Of a stretch of 64,000 bases of DNA, positions 42,047 to 51,200 are shown piece by piece. This DNA is from Octopus vulgaris (lineage: Eukaryota). The DNA lies in NCBI GenBank assembly GCA_951406725.2, contig OX597820.1, forward strand, positions 80,910,001-80,974,000, given 5' to 3'. Positions within the stretch are counted from its first letter, which is position 1. Each line of letters opens with the position of its first letter. The notes under the pieces are model-generated. The model was not told the DNA's origin. It worked only from the letters and a program-made list of their open reading frames with translations, and did no database searches. The translations under genes and the position numbers were made by a program.

Positions 42047-45000
42047 TGGACATAGATGCTTTTTAGCCACTCTCTTGGCAGGAACACAAAGATTTCTTTT
42101 AAACAATAGACAACTACACCCCTTCTCTCATTCTCTAACACTTTGAACTCTATACCAAAATAGAAGATAAATTGTTTTTACTTCAAATTTTTATAAATTT
42201 TTACTGATATTTGATAAGATAAGATTCATCGAAACCGGTAATATCTTCTTTATATAATTTTTAGAATTTTTATTAACTTCCCTCTTAAATCGAAATTATT
42301 AAACTTATTTTTGTGCTAGTCCCAACTCCATCTTATATATATATATGTATATATATAAAGAATAAACAAGTCAGCAAGATTGTACAAGTTGTATTAAGTT
42401 AATGATATATCATGGAGATATAAGTTGACAATTCTAAAACACTTTTGGTTCAAGCTGGTATATCTATCTATCTGTCTGTCTGTCTATCTGTCTGTCTGTC
42501 AGTCTGTCTGCCTGCCTGCCTGTTTGTCTGTCTATCTATCTATATATATATACATGCATACATACATACATACATACATACATACATACATACATACATA
42601 CATAAATACATACATACATACATACATACATACATACATACATACATACATACATACATAAAGTGGAAATGTGTGTGTTTATATGATGCATTAAACTTCT
42701 TTCACAAATAGCAACAAAATCTGCTGAATCTCTGAAAAAAATGCTTCATGATGCTGTTGCTATGAAGAACAAATCAGCGCTTGAACAAGCTATCAAGGAA
42801 TGTGAAGCTGCAGCTTACCCCGAGTTATCATATGACCTTAGAGAAGCCAGAGATGCGCTTGAAAATATTGGTGGCGGTCGTGGAGGTAAGTAACACAAGC
42901 CATAATAGATTTTCACAGTTATAATGACATATATATACGAAAGGATATATAAATATTTTGGGCTTTAGTGGATGGCATAGCATTTCAAAATTCTGGATTC
43001 GTTAAAATAAAGTTCAGATTAAGATCTAAGTTCAAGGTTGTTTTCCTTCCTGCAAAATTGGTATCATTGTACCTTTATTATACTATAATCTTTTTGAAAG
43101 GCGGCGTATTTTCAGAGAAGGTTGGTAACGAATAACGTAACAGTATTTTTGTTACAAGTTGAATGTCCTACCAGTTCAATTTTGGTTTTTAACCTTCCGT
43201 AACTGTGATAAAAGGATTGCGTTATTTCAATTAATATAATAATCTTTATGTGCAATCATCATATATATTTTTTTACTGCCAACAAGGGGCTAAACATAAA
43301 GGGAACAAACAAGGACAGACAAAGGGATTAAGTCGATTACATCGACCCCAGCGCGAAACTGGTACTTTATTTAGCGACTCCGAAAGGATGAAAGGCAAAG
43401 TCGACCTCGGCGGAATTTGAACTCAGAACGTAACGACAGACGAAACACCGCTAAGCATTTCGCCCGGTGCGCTAACGTTTCTGCCAGATCGCCGCCTTTG
43501 CAATCATCATATAACAGGCTCCCGGTGACTGATATTACATTTTAGTTTCTGTTCCTAGTTAAAGCTTATATATCTCACATTACTAATGCATTCAGAGAAA
43601 TAAGATTCACATCAAATATTTGATTTCCTAAGAATATGCGTATACTTATCATCCGTTCACATAATCCCACTAACCGCATTTGCAGTAAATCTAGGTCTTA
43701 TCTGTTACTACGAGAGAAATCAGTTAGAGAATTGAATACTTTAAAAACTGTCAATCAAATGTAAGCTTCCTGTAACTCTAGTCTTATTTTTAATCCCTGC
43801 ATATATCTATGATTACTTTTTTATCCTTTTCAGGTTCCAAGTCTCCAGATATTTTGCGGAACAAACTTAAGTCTGCCATAAGACAAAAGGATCCTATTGC
43901 TATTGAAAAAGCTATCAACGAATGTGTTGCTGCTGGGCAACCAGAACTGACGGGAGATATCCAGCAAGCGAGAGATACTTTAAATAGTATCGGAGGTGCA
44001 CATAAAGGTAAGTGTCTCTCAATATCATTTTGTCTAAGATAGAGTAGAAGTCAGCCTTGGACGAGTTGGTAGGATTGCTATTTTTTTTAGGAATCTATTG
44101 TAACATTTAGTGGAGAAAAATGTCCATCTGGTTGTGGATCTCTGGCTAGTAAGTCTAACATGTAATTGGTTGTTGTACACTGGACACTATACAATCCATA
44201 ATTCGAGGAAACGACTAAACCCTATATCAGATTGGCTATAAGATGATCTTTGGAATTAAGGTTTGATGATGAATATTGGAGAGGCGTCTTTAAATGTACA
44301 AGAGTGGTTAAGTTCAATGTTTGGTAGCTAACAAACAACCCGTCAATTTTATGGTATTTCAGCTGCAGTAATTATTTTTAGCGATTTCAACAAGTCCGTT
44401 TGAGATACAACATCCACAGTAGCTTGGTGGTTACAGAATACAAACCACCGATCTGTTGGTTGGTTTTCCACAATATTCTTAACTTGTGTTATGTCACTCG
44501 TTTATCATTTCTTATTTACTCTGGAAACCAAGGTTACAAGTTAAGCATCTTTGAAAGATACTCGACATATAAAACTGTAATACGGAGTCGTAGATACTAC
44601 TTGATCCGGGCCCACCCCAAACAAATGGCATACATGGAGTGTGGATGACAAGTGGCTCTCATAGAGACCCTACAAATCATTAAAAACAGTTCTGGTCGAC
44701 ATTACTCGTTGCCTCTGCCTGGGAAAAATACGTCTGGGAAAAGAGATATATACTAGGCTGATGGGCAGCAAACATTGTTAATAGTTTTCTTGTATTACAG
44801 ACTAAGTTCTGTAGATCTGCTTTTGTCCTTTCAACTATCCTGCTTCATTTCTAATAATAGATACTGCTCTCAAATATAAGGTCGATATTATGTTATCATC
44901 ATTCAACATTGAATTTAATATTCTCTTTATTCTCCATTTGTGCTGATATATAATCCCATTTTTTTCATTTCTTTTTCTTATTTGATTCCATCAACCTCTA

Positions 45001-48000
45001 TCACACCCAGGGATTAATACCTTGCACCCTCCTTCATTCGATTATTTTAATTCCTGGCTTTTGTTACACCTTCATTTCAGACCAATTTTCCTTTCCTCAG
45101 AATCAATACTGTGCACTTGGGAAACCCAAAATCCACCGAATATCTCCAGAAAATAGTCGGGCACAATTTATTTACTACACTGTCCAACTGTTTCTCATTA
45201 ATCGTGAACAAATTCAAATCATCTCTATAGAGTAAAAGGTTTAGCTTGTCAATACTTCTCCCCGGATCATAGGGTGTCTTTACCTATTGTAACATACGAG
45301 TGACATGAGAACTATAACGAATAGCATGTGATACACACTGTCTTCCTGAAATAATTCTCGATTTATGCTAACTTTTCCAATGGGCAGCTACTTGGTGTTC
45401 CATTGTCTCATACTGCCACAGATTAATACTTTGATCTTAACTGCCACTTTATAGATATCCATGGGGTTTTTTCGCTCTAGCTATGTGGTACCATATCGTA
45501 ATAATCTATCCAGGTCACTCCCGAATTTGTCAGCCTTTCTTATACAGTTCTTTATTACCATTTTGCTAAGGTGACATAATTATTGTTGAACAAGAGGCCT
45601 CAGTGAAAAAATAAAACTTAACGGAACGCAAGTGCGCCAGGCAATGTTTAGTTTCGAATATATAATGTGTTATTCAAATATATCCGGGTTCGTTTGGAAA
45701 TCTTTTATATATATAGAGAGAGAGAGAGATTTAAGGGGCCTTTGAGATAATGTAAGCAATTATTTCAAAATAATAAACTATATTGAAAAGTAACAATGTT
45801 AGAATGTTGGAAATAATACAATTCTGTTTTTGTTGTTGTTTTTTTCATTTATGTTCTGAGCTTAAGTCCAAGCGGTATTAATTTTGATTTTAGTCACGCT
45901 GAGATTGATAACATAAGCTTTTGTACTTTTCTAATAAATCACTTAAATATTTTTGTTTTGTTTGTAGCTCCAAAATCTCCATCTCTCTTGCGTGATCAAC
46001 TAGACCATGCCGCTAAACTGAAAGATATTGTTGGTCTTGAACGTGCTATTGCTGAAGCTGAAGCAGCCAAGTCTCCAGAATTAAGCAATAAAATAAAACA
46101 AGCCAGAGACCTTCTCGATTCTTTGGATGGTGGTGGCAGATGTAAGTAATTTAAGTTATTTCTATTACCTTCGTCGCCAGTTTTATAATTATACAAACCT
46201 ATATAAACACACAGATATACACGCTTGCCTACACCCGCACAGACACACGCATATATATGTATGATTATATGAAAATTACTTCCATATAATCAATATTTAT
46301 ATTTTATGTGATTCTCCCAGTTCCTGAAACAAAGAAGTAACACAGAAAATACCTCCTCCTCCGTTACAAACTCCTCATTGTGGTTAATGAAGAGAAATTA
46401 ATATTTTGAATAACAGCAAAAGTAGCCGGATATATTGCATTTTCTTGTTAATCACTGCATTTTAGCAGATTAAATTTAACTTTGGTTTCTTTTAGTTTTT
46501 ATGAAATTTATCAATTTGCTTTCATCGACCTGTATTCTGCATTCCTAGTGGAAAGATACGAATATACCAAAAGCTTGAATAAAAAATCATTCTTTTGATT
46601 TTTATTCACATCACAAAATGATACCGTAAAGTTTTGTAGAAACATATTTCCATTTTAAAGTCCATTAATATATATGCAGGGGAAGCGCATGTTGCTGAAG
46701 CAATACCGGACAATTAGCCAAAAAGTTGGCGAGGGCATATCATGCCACTTGAATTTCTATGCCCCAAATTTGAAAATCTATACCTTGTTTGGTCAATAAT
46801 CCTAGTTCTGTGTAGTTCATATAACTCCATATAATACTGCTACATATATTTATCTGCCAACTGCATAACGTTACGGATACTAAACATAAGTATCAGTCTA
46901 GGTTGGCTGCAGAAGTCTGTGAATGAAAACAATAATGATTATGATTTCTAACATACTCACAAGCACACAAATTTTCGGAAAAGCAACAGATGCTTAAACT
47001 GACCTATGAAGGATGCAAGATAAAGCTGACCGTGAGAGCATGTAGACTCAGAATAATGAGGGAAAAACTAAATACTCTGAGAAATTGATCTAACATGCTA
47101 CATTCTTCCCGCTAATGCCTTCACGAATAAATCTATTAACTCGACATGCGAAATTCCATTTAGAAATGACAATATCAATCAACAACTGTCTATTTATTTA
47201 TATGTAAGCCTGTATATGTTTATTTATATATGTTTCTCCAGTTTCTTATTTCACTTTATTTCATTGAACATTTTTAGCAAGAAGCTTGTCACCCGAGCAG
47301 GTTGGTACTTTCCTTGACCAAATAAACGCATCAATAATTCATAAGGACAAACCTAAGTTGGAGAAAGCAATTGCTGCAGCTGAACCTTACAGACATCCTC
47401 AGCTGGAACCTCAAATTCAGAAAGCCAGACCATTGTTGGATGCTTTAGATATTAAAGATAGTAAGAAAATTTCAATTTCAAATAAATTTAAACGTTTTTT
47501 ATTTGTTATGATCTTTATCATCAGCTAATTAACCAGGGCAACAGTTGCTCTAGACTCTTGATTCGTTATTATTAACGATTGATCCACATTTCTTTTATCA
47601 ACAATTGTTCCACATTTCTTCGTGATAGACAATTAAACGAAAACATAAACTAAATTCTGTAAATTAAGTAAATTCTGTCGCAGGTTATAGGCTCAGTTAA
47701 GCTATATAATACTTTTTGTATATGAATTGACTAGGAATCTAAGTATCTATATAATCATGATCCATCTTGTCTTCGATTTCCCTGAGAGTTAGTCACATTT
47801 ACAATGAGACTGCAATCTCAAAGATGCAAACCTATTCACAAACGGAATTACATCTGATGTAATGTTGAAATACGGTTAAGCATATATATATAACTCTCCA
47901 ACAGACATATCGTATATTGGTTTCAAATTTTGACACAAGGCCAGCTATTTGGAGGGAGTGGGTAAGTCGATTACTTCGACCCCAGTATTCATCTGGTACT

Positions 48001-48175
48001 TATTTTATTGACCCCCGAAAGATGAAAGGTAAAGTTGACCATAGCGACATTTGAACTCAGAACGTTAAGACGGACAAAATGTCGCTAAGCATTTTTCCCA
48101 GTGTGCTAACGATTCTGCCAGCTAGCTACCCTAGAAATATCAAATATTAAAAACAATACACTGTGTGACTGTGTG

Positions 48176-48227
<52 letters not shown>

Positions 48228-51200
48228 GTGGATTGTCGGAAAAAAGAGTACTTAATACCATGGCAAAGATTAATAATATTTTATTTTGGTCGAGGCAGTC
48301 TCTTGCTTCTCTAAGTTTCACCTGTAGGTGCACAACATCTTCAGGCAAGTTGTTACTGGAAACAGGCCATACATACATACATAACAGACACATATACACA
48401 CATGTTTGTGCATATTTATATTTATACACACCAACAGATACACATGGATTGTATTATATATTCATTTTTCTTTCCCTCGCACAGAACTCGAAAGTGCTTT
48501 CTTGACTGACAACCAGGAAGATATTCGACGATGCGTTATAGAGATTGAACAAAAAAATCTCACCGATTATTTGTCTATTGAAGTGAATGAGGCTCGAAGC
48601 AGGATCCGCGGTTATGCAGCCCCTGATCCCAGTGCCTTTCTTAATCGTGACGATGTCAGCATTGACTCAAGAACTAGTTCTAGAATGGGCTGGTACATGC
48701 GTTCTGCTGGTTTCTCTCATGATCTTCTCATTAGTGCATTGGTGGTCCTTAGCGAATATGAAAGACATTCTGAGGTATGTAATAAGCTATTTTACGATTG
48801 TTAATTATAACTGCGAGAGTTACGAGATATTTGCATTCTCTCACAAGTAATTGATTTAACATGTATCGGGTTTTAAAATATTGCTAATTTTAACTGTCAA
48901 TTCCAAAACTTTAGACTTGCTAGTAAAATATTCATAATTATTACAGAGGAACTTGCATGAGATCTAGTAGATAAAGTGATGAATTCTAGGCCGTAGGTAT
49001 ACTTGATTGAATTTCGTTAGACAATGTTCTGAATCCATAATCTATAGCGAAGTCGTCCTACCTGTAATACCTACCATATAGTGGTAGGATTTATAACTGT
49101 AAGTAGTGCGATTTTATTAAAATGAATGTATAATACTTTGATCAAACCCTCTACTTCCCAAAGCAACTTGAAACAAATGGATATTAAGATGATCTCCAAC
49201 AGTGTAAATAGGCAAAATCAAAAATATAAGTACTGTACTTGCAAATTTACTGGACCATAAACATTTAAATTTCTTTTTAATAAAGAATATTCACACTGGC
49301 AGTGCTGAAATTAAATATCATTAGTAATAGGGTATCTTAATTCCATCTGGTATTTCAGCTTGTTATTAAGGTATAATAAGGGCACATATACGTTTATGGA
49401 TATTTATACAGTTTGCAAATATTGATGTTATAACTGGTTATAAAATTAGATTTTTGACATATTTTGTGCTTTGCTACAGGCCGCCATCCGCCTTGTTTTA
49501 TTGAAATAGGTTATCAATAGAAATAAATAACTCAGCTCAAGATCCTCTCAACTACGTTTACTTTACAGCTTTCTACGTTGCTTGTACCAAACCCAATAGA
49601 TGAATTAAATTCGGCATGCAAAGTTAACGAAATTCTCTTTAATCTGGCAAAGAATATACATATATAAATATAAGAAAAGCAAAACAAGCAATTACTCTGT
49701 TTTAATTCTGAAAATCGTCAAGAAGCTAGTCTCTATATTAAAGTAAAATTTAACGTTACTAATGACAATTACTAAACCATCAATATATGTTAAAGCCTTT
49801 GGATTAAAACCAACGTTAAAATAAAATTAAGCATCATTACTTAATATATTGTCTTGATCACGTTATTCCACAACTAACTGTTTTCTTTTCTTTATATTCA
49901 CAGTCACAGGCATGGAGAAATTACCAGCATTTCTTTGACATTTCAAATTCAGACGGCTCCAGTCGTCGTGTGCTTGGTTTTGACATTGATCAAATTTACC
50001 AAAACCTGTCTGCCAGAGCTGATGAAATACTCACCCGTAACACAACTGACGAAGTTCAGTTGATGAACAGAAGCGGACAAATGTCTTATTCTTGGGTAAA
50101 TAATAATTTATGTTTACATGACATCTTCAAAAATATTTCATCTGTACGTGAAAAATGCTTCATAGTTATTAGCGACAAAGGCAGTATTGATACCAAGAGA
50201 TAATATTTGTCCCCACTTAAGTGGATGGTGTGTTGGAACTGTGGTAGTTAGCATGAAGGAAACTCTCATATTTGCTTTAGGTGCATATAAACACTCTTGT
50301 TTACATCGCTAGTGGGAGACAAATATCTGCCGAGACTAACAGATGAGTGAATTTTGTAGCTTGTGAAACAGTTTTCGGATTTGTTTAGGTGACTGGTTTA
50401 AGCGAGTTCTTCATTTTACGACTCTAAAAACGACGGGAAATTTAGGAATATTAAAACAATCCTAATTATCACTCCTCTGAAAATATAAGGCCTTTATAGT
50501 CAATTAAAATAATCCAGTTTTGAGAGCAAACTACGGCGATCCGATAATTGCAAGTAGACAATGCTAAAGCTAACAGTAGATCTAAAAGGCACTGATTTCA
50601 TGATCCTCCATTGGTTCCTGAATGTTTGCTAAAGAAAATATATAACATTTATTTGCCTGAAAATTTTGATCAACCAAAATTCAAACAAGAGAAACTTTTG
50701 AATTCAAAATATGCGTGTAAATTTATTGACTCTCCATGGCAGAGACCTGTAGTTCTTCATGTCAATCTCAGCTATACGCGGTTACCCACTGTAAATTTGA
50801 TGAGCGTTGTTTTGTATAAAAATGTTAAATTAATCGAAAGAAAAAAGTTAGGATCTGAATCACTTTTCTGCATCAGTTAGCATCGCTTTTTTATGTGTGA
50901 GCTTACACCCAGCTAGATCTGATTTTCCGTTGAACTTAGTATCTTTTTGGTTTGCAAAATAGTTACCGGTAATTACATTCGAGTCGAGTCAATCAATTAT
51001 ACACCTTCCCCTACAGACATTGGCTTCCAGTGGAAATAATGATATTTAAATTAAGCCTTTTGTTGACTTCGGCCTTATGTAAAGAGGTAAAATACTACAA
51101 AGTATTTTCTCTGTTACTCAACTACTTCTATCATCTGCTGCATTCTTGTGTCTGAATAAAGATTTGTAACAAAGGAACGAGGTTACGCATTTTTGGAAGA

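Noticed and set aside
2612-42885. Polyubiquitin-like polyprotein, suggested by repeats ending in RGG
   Set aside because: The repeats are predicted all-helical, ~58 aa, with no beta-grasp pattern, and many units lack the di-Gly junction
622-46149. Treating each 60-200-aa repeat ORF as a separate small gene (tandem gene family)
   Set aside because: Homology begins right after an AG and ends at a GT in constant phase, and there is no conserved start codon, so they are exons
1296-46196. Minus-strand ORFs overlapping repeat exons (e.g. 1296-1490, 4395-4706, 12869-13141, 40518-40868, 45996-46196)
   Set aside because: Antisense shadows of the plus-strand exons
87-47460. Dscam-like mutually exclusive exon cluster
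   Set aside because: The ordered A/B and 4-exon periodicity and the linker-like ends fit tandem inclusion, and no docking/selector sequences were noticed. Not excluded without RNA data.
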